A stretch of 42,048 bases of DNA from a virus (lineage: Duplodnaviria; Caudoviricetes): IMG/VR virus record IMGVR_UViG_3300011441_000020, positions 1 through 42,048 of that record; one strand, 5' to 3'. The notes beneath the pieces were generated by a model that was given only the letters and a program-made list of their open reading frames with translations, did no database searches and was not told the origin of the DNA. Below are positions 1-8,220 of this stretch, piece after piece. Within the stretch, counting starts at the first letter, position 1, and every line of letters begins with the position of its first letter. A program made the position numbers and the translations under genes.

Positions 1-2
1 AT

Positions 3-251
3 GATAATAATAATTATTATATACTACTTGGAATCATTCTTCAATATGGTAAGACTGCCATTCATAGAGCTGGACAACGCTCACAGTTTGCCAAGATTAG
101 CATTCTCTTTAATATAAGAGAATCAGACGCAAAAGGACCAGTAGAATTCTTAAATTGGATTAAAAAGTTTAATAATAAAATATCTCTTATAGCAGAAAAA
201 TATGGATGTGAAGTAATTAGTTGGCAAGATTTTAAAGATAATAATAAATGA
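3..251 (+). CDS. 5'-truncated hypothetical protein (...ILQYGKTAIHRAGQ...WQDFKDNNK*)
   Basis: Open frame from the window edge to TGA 249-251, directly followed by ATG 252. Confidence 0.6.
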   Translation, partial: DNNNYYILLGIILQYGKTAIHRAGQRSQFAKISILFNIRESDAKGPVEFLNWIKKFNNKISLIAEKYGCEVISWQDFKDNNK

Positions 252-869
252 ATGTCTTGGATATGTAAACAATGTGGTCTAAACAATGTTAACCTTGTTC
301 TGGTATGTTACTGCCAAAACGAGCGTAGAGAGTTTGAGCCGTTCGATAGCATTGATGAAATCATCAGTTGCTCACGGCTCGCAAAACTTGACAAATTCAT
401 TGGAGAGATGATGACACCTCAAGAACAATTATTTAGTGAGTTATTTAATCATGAAAAAGTCCTAGTGAAAGATATGGACATATTAGTTCTTAGAGCACAT
501 AGAGAAGAACTAGCTAAGATAGCATTTGAGGCTAGAGCTAGGCTAACAGCAGTTGATGATGAAGAAAATGGACGGAAGAAGAAGGCTAAAGATTCAGACC
601 CGAATAAGCCTTCTGGATTTTCTCGAAGCCTGAATACTGACGATAAAACGTCAGAGATGATTAACACGATAAAAGAGAGACAGAAGGGATTATCTAAAAT
701 AGAAAAGATAATAGAAGGATTAATTAAGTTAGGCTATAGTCGTAGTGAAGCTGAAAGCAAAATGAGTGCAGGAAAGGTCTTAGCTCAAGTTAGAGCTTCT
801 GAGAAGGCAATTAAAGAAACAAAGCCTGAAGAAACAAAACTAGTTTTTAATCCTTCTGAAAAGAAATAA
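252..869 (+). CDS. Hypothetical protein with N-terminal RanBP2-like Zn finger and helical body
   Basis: W-x-C-x2-C-x3-N...C-x-C at the N-terminus; 205 aa. Confidence 0.75.
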   Translation: MSWICKQCGLNNVNLVLVCYCQNERREFEPFDSIDEIISCSRLAKLDKFIGEMMTPQEQLFSELFNHEKVLVKDMDILVLRAHREELAKIAFEARARLTAVDDEENGRKKKAKDSDPNKPSGFSRSLNTDDKTSEMINTIKERQKGLSKIEKIIEGLIKLGYSRSEAESKMSAGKVLAQVRASEKAIKETKPEETKLVFNPSEKK

Positions 870-943
870 TGAAATTAGGAATAGTTGGTTGTGAACAGAA
901 AAAGTTTACTAAAACAACAGTCAGAACAATCCGAAACAAGTAA
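869..943 (+). pseudogene. Probable truncated remnant of a Rossmann-like/SLOG-type gene (MKLGIVGCEQKKFT...)
   Basis: ATG overlaps the upstream TAA; 24-aa ORF begins with a beta1-Gly motif and stops abruptly. Confidence 0.4.
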
Positions 944-952
944 ACAAATCAA

Positions 953-2536
953 ATGGCACTCACACAAATAATCCGTCAAGAATGCCCAAACTGTAAAAAG
1001 ATAGCCGTTGAAGTCTCGCGTATTAAAATAGGAAAGACAGTAATCATCAGATTAGCTTGTGGTCACATCCTACACACTCAAACTCTTACGTCAGATGAAA
1101 AGGATTACGAAGCAATCATATTCTCTGACGGCTGCAAACCTAGACCTTATCAGATAGACGCCGTTAAATTTGCAGAAGAATCTAATGTTAGATGTATTAT
1201 TGCCGATGAACAAGGTCTAGGTAAAACTATAGAGTTTAATTGTCTTCTTCGTCTGCACAGAGAAAAACTCCTCCCAGCCGTTTTAGTAGTCCCCACTACA
1301 GTTAAACGTCAGTGGATGACAGAAATCCATCGTATTTGTGGTAATGGGAAAGAATTCTTAACACAAGTTATTCAGTCTGGCAAAGAAAAAGCAGTGCCAG
1401 GATTTCAAATCTATATTGTTACATACGATATGTTAAAGAAAGAAGATTTATTCTCAATGCTTCCTGAGGGAACTATCAAAACTATTATGATTGATGAGTG
1501 TCAGAGAATTAAAAATCATCTATCTGATAGAGCTAAAGCCGTTCAACGTATAGCCAAGAACACCCCTCACATTATTGCAATGTCAGGCACTCCTATTAAG
1601 AACAATGCTGGAGAGTACTTCACTGTTCTTAATTTAGTGAAGCCTACTCTGTTTCCACACTATCAGAAATACATAGACAATTATTGTGATGCCTACAATA
1701 ATGGTTGGAGTCAGAAAATAGGTGGACTGAAAGACATGGATAGATTCCATGAGGATACTAAAGATATTATTATTAGACGAACTAAAGCAGAAGTCTTGAA
1801 AGACCTTCCTTCGATAGAGAGAAAGTTCTATCATGTAGAACTTGACCGTAAGCTAAACAAGTCATACGCAGCCGCAATGGACGAGCTAGACAGTCTTCTC
1901 TACTCAAATGAAAGTGAATTTGAGAAGGGCGGAGCTATTATAGCTATAATGTCTAGAATGAGACACATTACAGGAATAAGTAAAGTTACAGAATGTATTG
2001 ATTTCACTACAGAGTTTATTTTGTCTAATGAACGTAAGATTGTAATTTTCTCACACCATCAAGATGTGATGGAGATGTTAGAAACACAATTAAATCCATG
2101 GCTAGAAGAAGGTGGCTATGGTAAAGTTTGCAAGATGCACTCTGGTTTAGATGGAGATGCTAGAGCCGCTCTCGTCGAGAAATTCAAGACTGATGATAAA
2201 TGCAGAGTAATGATAGCTTCTACGTTAGCCGCTGGTGAAGGTCTCAATCTTCAGTTTTGTTCTGATGCAATCATTCTTGAAAGACAATGGAATCCAGCTA
2301 ACGAAGAACAAGCTGAGGCTAGATTTCATCGGTTTGGTCAGTTTAACAACGTATCAATTACATACATGCTTGCTACTGAAACTATTGACGAATATTTCAC
2401 TGAATTAGTAGAAGTTAAACGTAGTATTGTAGCCGCAACGATGGATAAGAAAGAAATTCAATGGAATCAGCAGAGCTTAATGAAGGAGCTTGCTGAGATT
2501 TTAGTAACTAAAGGGAGGAAAGCATGGAGCCTCTAA
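953..2536 (+). CDS. SNF2/SWI2-family helicase with N-terminal Zn-binding region
   Basis: ADEQGLGKT (motif I), DECQ (II), SGTP (III), GEGLNL (V), QAEARFHRFGQ (VI); N-terminal CPNC...CGH. Confidence 0.95.
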   Translation: MALTQIIRQECPNCKKIAVEVSRIKIGKTVIIRLACGHILHTQTLTSDEKDYEAIIFSDGCKPRPYQIDAVKFAEESNVRCIIADEQGLGKTIEFNCLLRLHREKLLPAVLVVPTTVKRQWMTEIHRICGNGKEFLTQVIQSGKEKAVPGFQIYIVTYDMLKKEDLFSMLPEGTIKTIMIDECQRIKNHLSDRAKAVQRIAKNTPHIIAMSGTPIKNNAGEYFTVLNLVKPTLFPHYQKYIDNYCDAYNNGWSQKIGGLKDMDRFHEDTKDIIIRRTKAEVLKDLPSIERKFYHVELDRKLNKSYAAAMDELDSLLYSNESEFEKGGAIIAIMSRMRHITGISKVTECIDFTTEFILSNERKIVIFSHHQDVMEMLETQLNPWLEEGGYGKVCKMHSGLDGDARAALVEKFKTDDKCRVMIASTLAAGEGLNLQFCSDAIILERQWNPANEEQAEARFHRFGQFNNVSITYMLATETIDEYFTELVEVKRSIVAATMDKKEIQWNQQSLMKELAEILVTKGRKAWSL

Positions 2537-2691
2537 ACAAGAAGTTGTCTAAAAAGTATCTTAAAAGCTATAAGAGGTATTGTATCGCTGATTTACAAAG
2601 GTCACTACAAAGGAGTCTAGAAGCTAGAAGTAAAGCAGAATTAAGAATTATCATGTTAATGGAAGTTTTACGCGTTAGATTGGAGGAATAA
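2524..2691 (+). CDS. Small basic hypothetical protein (MEPLNKKLSKK...)
   Basis: GGGAGG RBS upstream; fills the gap and its stop overlaps the next ATG. Confidence 0.55.
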   Translation: MEPLNKKLSKKYLKSYKRYCIADLQRSLQRSLEARSKAELRIIMLMEVLRVRLEE

Positions 2692-2912
2692 TGGCTAGAA
2701 CACTCAAATCTCTAGAGATTGAGTTATCTCCATATAACTATTTAATTCTAATGGAAACATCAGATGATAAAATAATACTTATTCATTCAATAAATACAGA
2801 AATTATTTCTTCTATCAAACTCACACTCCGACAGGCTCTCCAATTAAGAGATAATCTTTTAGCATTAAATAATAGAATTGTTACTAGCAAACCTAGAGTG
2901 GAGAAGAAGTGA
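2691..2912 (+). CDS. Hypothetical protein
   Basis: GGAGG RBS; 73-aa ORF coupled to its neighbours. Confidence 0.7.
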   Translation: MARTLKSLEIELSPYNYLILMETSDDKIILIHSINTEIISSIKLTLRQALQLRDNLLALNNRIVTSKPRVEKK

Positions 2913-3526
2913 CAAACCTTAAAGAGATTCATGGTTTAAATACTTATTGTGGTCCTGCTGTTCTCAGTGCTCTTACAGGCCGTTCAACAGATGAATGTGC
3001 ATCTGTCATTAGTAGAATTACTGGACAAGCTACTATTAAAGGAGTCTACGTAAGAGATATTCTTAGAGCATTAAAATTATTTAAATTTGATGCCACTAAA
3101 GTAGAAGGTGGTAGAACACTCTATGGAACTATGCTGCGATTAGCAGACAAAGATGGTTTCTATATCATTGTAATCCCACATCACTACGTAGCTTTAGAAG
3201 TAAATAATCATCAAATCTATCTTATAGATAATCATACTAAAAGTCCTCTACTTGCATCTTCATCGGCTAGGATGATGCAGAAAGTTGAGGAAGTTTACAA
3301 AGTTTCTCAAAAAGCAGAACCTAAATTTATTGCTTCTCAAATAAGAATTGATAAAAATATGGATTATAATGGAAATAATGTTGAATTAACTATCTTCTCA
3401 GTGAATAGATATGAAAATCCAGAAGATGATACGCAATATAAATTAGGCAATATTAAATTTAAAACCATTGATGAATTAGCAGATATAGTTAAAGCATTGA
3501 ATGCAGAATTAGGAGTAAAAATCTAA
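2909..3526 (+). CDS. Papain-like (C39-like) cysteine peptidase domain protein
   Basis: NTYCGPAVL (catalytic Cys), HHYVAL (His), YLIDN (Asp) in papain order. Confidence 0.7.
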   Translation: MTNLKEIHGLNTYCGPAVLSALTGRSTDECASVISRITGQATIKGVYVRDILRALKLFKFDATKVEGGRTLYGTMLRLADKDGFYIIVIPHHYVALEVNNHQIYLIDNHTKSPLLASSSARMMQKVEEVYKVSQKAEPKFIASQIRIDKNMDYNGNNVELTIFSVNRYENPEDDTQYKLGNIKFKTIDELADIVKALNAELGVKI

Positions 3527-3810
3527 TGCCTTTCGAGTATGATAAGAATCTCTGTCCTGAATGCAATGGTGAAATGATTGCACGTTCAGGACAGTATGGT
3601 AAATTCTGGGGATGTAAAAACTTTCCTACGTGTAAAGGAACTAGAGATAGTCAGGGACGTTCTAAGCAAGATAGAGCTAAGTGGAAGGCTGAACAAGTCG
3701 CAAAGACTACAGATTCAGTAGATTTAGTAAATGATGAAACATTAGATACATTTAGACATGTGGAGTGGAATAGAAACGTACAAGATAAAATCACATTTAA
3801 GAAGAATTAA
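3526..3810 (+). CDS. Stand-alone topoisomerase-I-type C4 zinc ribbon protein
   Basis: CPECNGEMIARSGQYGKFWGCKNFPTCKGT matches the TopA C-terminal Zn-ribbon consensus. Confidence 0.85.
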   Translation: MPFEYDKNLCPECNGEMIARSGQYGKFWGCKNFPTCKGTRDSQGRSKQDRAKWKAEQVAKTTDSVDLVNDETLDTFRHVEWNRNVQDKITFKKN

Positions 3811-3840
3811 ATCAGAAGCAACAACTGGCCGAAGGCTAAA

Positions 3841-4035
3841 ATGAAACTCACCCGCAAACAGGAACTTCAACTAATTGATATTGGTCTTAGCATCGTAATC
3901 TCTAAATCACTTTCAACTGAAAAGAAAGAAAAGAAGTCTGAGAAAAAACATTGGACTCAGACTGCGGCTGGTAAGAAAAAGTTAGCTAAGAGAATGGTTA
4001 AACAGTGGAAAGATAAGAAAAATGGCAAGAATTAG
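3841..4035 (+). CDS. Small basic hypothetical protein, possibly DNA-binding
   Basis: Lys-rich; KHWTQTAAGKKK. Confidence 0.65.
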   Translation: MKLTRKQELQLIDIGLSIVISKSLSTEKKEKKSEKKHWTQTAAGKKKLAKRMVKQWKDKKNGKN

Positions 4036-4228
4036 ACGTATTATTGCACCTAGATTAGCTAATGGAGATAGTAGAGTTTCTTTTGGTCATGGCTTACCAC
4101 CAGCTATTAAAGAAGGCTTACGTAAAATTGCGTATAGTGAAAATAAATCTATGTCTTGGGTAATGGAAGAAGTAATCATTGATTATTTCTCATTGCGTAG
4201 GCCAGCATACAAAAAGAGGAAGAAGTGA
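4022..4228 (+). CDS. Ribbon-helix-helix DNA-binding protein
   Basis: LPPAIKEGLRKIAYSENKSMSWVMEEVI fits the RHH helix pattern. Confidence 0.7.
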   Translation: MARIRRIIAPRLANGDSRVSFGHGLPPAIKEGLRKIAYSENKSMSWVMEEVIIDYFSLRRPAYKKRKK

Positions 4229-4266
4229 CATTAACTTTAGCTCATCATTCATTTCCAGATGATTAA

Positions 4267-4479
4267 ATGAGTTATAAACAATATTTAACCTACTTACATT
4301 TTATTGCCTCCATTAAAGAAAAAAAGAAAAGTATTATTTTTGGTTATGATTATGTAGTTCTTAGTAAAAAGGCATACGAATCTTTAATTAATCTACATCA
4401 TTCAGAGATAAAATCCTTTTCATATGATGAACCTCAAATGAATGATTGGATTAAGAAGAGATTCTTAGACGACAAATGA
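4267..4479 (+). CDS. Hypothetical protein
   Basis: 70-aa ORF in the co-directional gene array. Confidence 0.55.
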   Translation: MSYKQYLTYLHFIASIKEKKKSIIFGYDYVVLSKKAYESLINLHHSEIKSFSYDEPQMNDWIKKRFLDDK

Positions 4480-4678
4480 ATGACTCCTGGATTGATGTCC
4501 TAAATGGATAATAATTTCAGAAGATGTTCCTCTAGGAACTAATTATGAAGTACTACGTGGTCCATCTAATTTTGTTATTTATGATAAAGAAAATGGTAAG
4601 AAGCGATTAGTAGCATGCTATTATGTTAAAGGTAATGGAAGTACTGGTTGGATTCCAATAATAGTTTTTGGAGATTGA
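4480..4678 (+). pseudogene. Possible frameshifted small gene (MTPGLM / PKWIIISEDVPLG...GWIPIIVFGD*)
   Basis: ATG 4480 to TGA 4678 is 199 nt (3n+1); the long downstream frame lacks its own ATG and is joined by removing one base near 4498. Confidence 0.35.
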
Positions 4679-5596
4679 GTGACTGACATCCTCTCACCGA
4701 AGGTGAACATCGTCTTAGATGCATCTAAAATAGATTTGTTTGAAACCTGTCCTGCTAGATATAACTTCAGACATAATCTTAATAAGACTCTTCCACTCAT
4801 TAACAAAGCTAAAGCATTAGATTTAGGTTCTATTGCTCATGGAGGTCTAGAAGTCTATTTCAAAAGTCTTGCAGCCGGATTGCATTACGACGACAGAATG
4901 CAAGCTTGTCTAATGAAGATGCGAGAACTCAGTAGTGATCCTGAAAATTCTAATTCAGAGCCAGATGGAGTTCGTATTTTGCTTAGAGCGGTAGAAGAAA
5001 GTTGTGATTTCTGGCGCTCTGAAGATGAAAATTGTTTAGATATTTTAGAGGTAGAATCTCCATTTGCCTACATACTATTTGAGGATAACTCCGTAAGAAT
5101 CATAATAAGTGGGAAAATAGATTTACTCGTAAACTTCAAAGGATTAGGTAGGAATGCTAGTTATGATAGACTTCCTATCGACCATAAAACATTCTCTCGT
5201 GATGGAGTTGTTCATAGGAAAGCTAATCAATTTATCAATTATTGTAATGCAGTTGAAAGTAATTATCTTGTTGTTAATCGTATTGGATTACAGAATCCAG
5301 ATGCTAAGAAGCCGGTACCAGCCGAAGATAAATTCAAAAGACTTCCTCTAAGTTACGACTCAATCTATATACAAGATTGGAAAGACAATCTTACTAAACT
5401 AATTCTAAATGAATATCTTACTTGCGTAGCAACTGATGACTGGATTGAGAAGCCAACTAGTTGCAACAAGTTCAATCGACTCTGTGAATATTATCCTATC
5501 TGTGATAGTTCAGGTAAGGAAGCTAAGTTACATAAATTAGAGACTCAGTATATTGATGCCGAACCTTGGGATGTGACGAAAGGACTCGGAGAATGA
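4679..5596 (+). CDS. PD-(D/E)XK (Cas4/RecB-like) exonuclease with Fe-S cysteines
   Basis: CPARY; EVESPF; SGKIDL; IDHKT; C-terminal CNKFNRLCEYYPIC (1+3 Cys pattern). Confidence 0.88.
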   Translation: MTDILSPKVNIVLDASKIDLFETCPARYNFRHNLNKTLPLINKAKALDLGSIAHGGLEVYFKSLAAGLHYDDRMQACLMKMRELSSDPENSNSEPDGVRILLRAVEESCDFWRSEDENCLDILEVESPFAYILFEDNSVRIIISGKIDLLVNFKGLGRNASYDRLPIDHKTFSRDGVVHRKANQFINYCNAVESNYLVVNRIGLQNPDAKKPVPAEDKFKRLPLSYDSIYIQDWKDNLTKLILNEYLTCVATDDWIEKPTSCNKFNRLCEYYPICDSSGKEAKLHKLETQYIDAEPWDVTKGLGE

Positions 5597-5781
5597 CCAG
5601 TTTAACTTCAAGAGATATTGAAAGAGAATTTATGAATCCATATAGACAGTACGCAAGTTCTGATATTAGACAACTTCTTGGAATGATAATAAATAGAATG
5701 ATTGAGTTAGAAGATATACTAAATGACCAAATTGAAGATACTGTTAGTAAAGATTTAACTAAAGCAATCATAACAAAATAA
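5593..5781 (+). CDS. Hypothetical protein (likely start MTSL)
   Basis: GGAG RBS; ATGA overlap with the upstream stop. Confidence 0.6.
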   Translation: MTSLTSRDIEREFMNPYRQYASSDIRQLLGMIINRMIELEDILNDQIEDTVSKDLTKAIITK

Positions 5782-5972
5782 TGACTCTAGAAGAAGCTGT
5801 AAAATTTCTAGATCTAGAAAAATTAGGTGATATTTATCGTAACAAATCAGGTAATTATATACATATTCTTGTCAAATCAGTTGACATAGACACATTAGCA
5901 ACATTAGATGGTGATTTCTCATTAGAAGATGTAGAAGCCATTGCTATTATAATGAAAGAAGCTAAGAGATAA
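5781..5972 (+). CDS. Hypothetical protein
   Basis: 63 aa; TAATG overlap. Confidence 0.65.
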   Translation: MTLEEAVKFLDLEKLGDIYRNKSGNYIHILVKSVDIDTLATLDGDFSLEDVEAIAIIMKEAKR

Positions 5973-5974
5973 GG

Positions 5975-6160
5975 ATGGAAATTTTTACTACTGGGGGAAT
6001 AACTATACTTGATTCAACTATGAAAGAAAATGAAGTAAGATTGATTAAATCAATTAAAGAGTTATATGGATTTGAAATTAAAAATGACACTGGTCATCAT
6101 TTATTTATAGAAGCTGAATTTAATTTTGATAAGCTTAGTAAATTAATTATTCGACGATAA
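5975..6160 (+). CDS. Hypothetical protein, paralog of 11915..12097
   Basis: Shared GITILDS-x-M-x2-NE...TGHHL-F/Y-IE. Confidence 0.75.
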   Translation: MEIFTTGGITILDSTMKENEVRLIKSIKELYGFEIKNDTGHHLFIEAEFNFDKLSKLIIRR

Positions 6161-6168
6161 AACAAGAC

Positions 6169-6310
6169 TCGCTGCAAAAGACAGACTGAGTAGTCTATCA
6201 TGCCCATGAAAGTAATGGGAAGAAAGAAATATCAGTTAACTAAAGCAGCGACAGCCGGAGTTGATATGTTAATTAGCTTCAAATTGCAAGCAGTTCATTT
6301 CGGCTCCGGC
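6169..6310 (+). ncRNA. Candidate structured intergenic RNA (multi-stem junction plus long hairpin)
   Basis: TCGCTGC(6169)/GCAGCGA(6245) encloses hairpins AGACT/AGTCT and CCCAT/ATGGG; then GCCGGAG(6254)/CTCCGGC(6304). Confidence 0.4.
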
Positions 6311-6329
6311 GCCTTCTTAGAGAAAAGAA

Positions 6330-6482
6330 ATGAAAGTTGAAGATTTAATTGAATTATTAAAACTATGTCACCCCAAAGCAATAGTTAGAGCTTGGGATGG
6401 TGATTCTGGAGATATAGAGGAAGTAACTGGAATTACATATAATGATGCTGAAGTACAGATTCACACAGATGACATCACATGA
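6330..6482 (+). CDS. Small hypothetical protein (MKVEDLIELLK...)
   Basis: 50-aa ORF; ATGA overlap with the next gene. Confidence 0.6.
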   Translation: MKVEDLIELLKLCHPKAIVRAWDGDSGDIEEVTGITYNDAEVQIHTDDIT

Positions 6483-6820
6483 CTGAAAAACCAAAGCACG
6501 TTCATAAATTAAAGAGACTTAAGTATAAATCTGGTAATACAATATATTTCTGTGCTCTACCAGATTGTAATTACAAAATAGCTATTCCTCTAGCTCTAGG
6601 CAAAAGGTGTATTTGCTGGCGTTGTGGTAATGAATTTTTAATAAATGAATACTCATTAAGATTAGCTAAGCCTCATTGTGATAATTGTCATAATCCTAAA
6701 CAGATATTAAAGAATGAAATTCATAATGAAGAAACTCCAATAATTCATACAGAATTGACACTCTCCAACAGACTCACTCAAGCAATCAAGAAAGTTCAAC
6801 CAGAAGAAGGAGACATCTAA
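6479..6820 (+). CDS. Cys/His-rich Zn-finger protein
   Basis: HVH, CALPDC, CICWRC, HCDNC. Confidence 0.75.
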   Translation: MTEKPKHVHKLKRLKYKSGNTIYFCALPDCNYKIAIPLALGKRCICWRCGNEFLINEYSLRLAKPHCDNCHNPKQILKNEIHNEETPIIHTELTLSNRLTQAIKKVQPEEGDI

Positions 6821-6970
6821 ATGGGAGAACTAGATTACGCATCTGAAAATAGAGATCCTATTGAAGATGATGATGAAGATGATGATAAGTTTTATGATGA
6901 AGACGATGATGAAGATATAGATTCAGATGATGAAGATGAAGATGAAGAGGACAAAGAATGGGAAACTTAG
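6821..6970 (+). CDS. 49-aa extremely acidic peptide (DNA-mimic candidate)
   Basis: MGELDYASENRDPIEDDDEDDDKFYDEDDDEDIDSDDEDEDEEDKEWET*; AAGGAG RBS; below the ORF-track cutoff. Confidence 0.7.
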   Translation: MGELDYASENRDPIEDDDEDDDKFYDEDDDEDIDSDDEDEDEEDKEWET

Positions 6971-7146
6971 AACCTACTGATATTGATGCTCATAAAGATG
7001 AAATGGTTAGACGTATATTATCATTAGAAAGATCTAGAACATTTCCATTAGATGTTGATGATGAGTCTCAATTATTAGATATATTAAAAGTTATAGCAGA
7101 TAGAATCATTCAGATTGAAGAAAGACTAGCAAAACTTGAAAGCTAG
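6958..7146 (+). CDS. Hypothetical coiled-coil protein
   Basis: 62 aa; GAGG RBS. Confidence 0.6.
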   Translation: MGNLEPTDIDAHKDEMVRRILSLERSRTFPLDVDDESQLLDILKVIADRIIQIEERLAKLES

Positions 7147-8005
7147 TTCAATATCTCTCGACAGTAAATATTCCTTCCTATTTAAATCTTCTCCTGGATT
7201 TGGTAAAACCTTAGCCGCTGCTAGCTTTGCAATGGAAGGACCAGTCTATCTAAGCTATTGGGATAAGAAATCTCCTATTGAGTTAGTTACATTCTTCTCA
7301 GAAAAGCGTTTCGGTAGTCTAGGAAAGAAGATTTTAGATAATATTGAATATGATGTATATGATTCATCTAATGCAGGAGACTATTTAAACAAAGTTATTA
7401 GTTGGCTAGATGATTGTAGGTATTTTGCTATTATTAATGATTCATTAACTTATATGACTTCAGCCGCTGTCAACTGGAGTTTGAATTTTGGTCATAAAGA
7501 AAGAATATTTAAGAAGTTAAAGGATATCCTCCCAGATTGGGATGAGTATAAAGTTGAAACAAGTTTAGTAAGTCAGTGTCTTGATCTCTCCCGCAAACTT
7601 CCCTGTCATGTTATCTGGACTGCACATCCATTACCTCAAACCAGAATAGAAGGCTCTGGTAACTCTATTAGAGTCACTAAAACTAACTCTATTGTTAGTT
7701 ATGGCTCAAAGGTTGCCGGATTAGTTCCAGGTGCATTCACAGAGATATATCATTTCTCCCAACAAGCTAACTTTTCTGAGGGGAGAACATCTAAAAAGTT
7801 TATTGTTAATACTGAAGCTATTGGGGATGAGTTTGCTAAGAGTCCATTATTATCAGATTATGTAAAGGAGTTTGATATTACTGACAAATTGTTCTATCAA
7901 GTATGGAAGGATTTAGTTAATAAGAGTAGGGGTATTGAGCCTGTAATTAAGACTGATGAAGAACAAGCTAAAATAACTAATCCATTCACTGAGAAGAAAT
8001 GGTGA
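7136..8005 (+). CDS. Sak4-like P-loop ATPase (phage recombinase, AAA_24-like)
   Basis: Walker A SSPGFGKT, Walker B IINDSLT, WTAH; lies between the exonuclease and SSB genes. Confidence 0.8.
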   Translation: MKASSISLDSKYSFLFKSSPGFGKTLAAASFAMEGPVYLSYWDKKSPIELVTFFSEKRFGSLGKKILDNIEYDVYDSSNAGDYLNKVISWLDDCRYFAIINDSLTYMTSAAVNWSLNFGHKERIFKKLKDILPDWDEYKVETSLVSQCLDLSRKLPCHVIWTAHPLPQTRIEGSGNSIRVTKTNSIVSYGSKVAGLVPGAFTEIYHFSQQANFSEGRTSKKFIVNTEAIGDEFAKSPLLSDYVKEFDITDKLFYQVWKDLVNKSRGIEPVIKTDEEQAKITNPFTEKKW

Positions 8006-8008
8006 AGA

Positions 8009-8185
8009 ATGTGTGATGAAAAGGCAACGTCTGCTGATAATCAATATGAAACAACTAGACAAGGTATACAAGCTAGTCCTGAATCACATATGGTTTATGA
8101 ACTTAAACAACAAAGAGAATATCTAATTAGAAAATTAATTATTGTTCAAGAGGCTATTGATGCTGTAAGCGCAGTACGTTATTAA
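8009..8185 (+). CDS. Small hypothetical protein (MCDEKATS...)
   Basis: 58-aa ORF filling the gap. Confidence 0.5.
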   Translation: MCDEKATSADNQYETTRQGIQASPESHMVYELKQQREYLIRKLIIVQEAIDAVSAVRY

Positions 8186-8220
8186 TCACTCACAACAACA
8201 AAACGAAGGACAAAACAACA

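Noticed and set aside
4679-5596. CRISPR-Cas locus suggested by the Cas4-like gene
   Set aside because: No repeat-spacer array or other cas genes seen; context is a phage recombination module.
6201-6230. c-di-GMP-I riboswitch-like GAAA hairpin
   Set aside because: Lacks the GGCAAA/GACGCAAAG consensus and tetraloop receptor; kept only as an unclassified RNA candidate.
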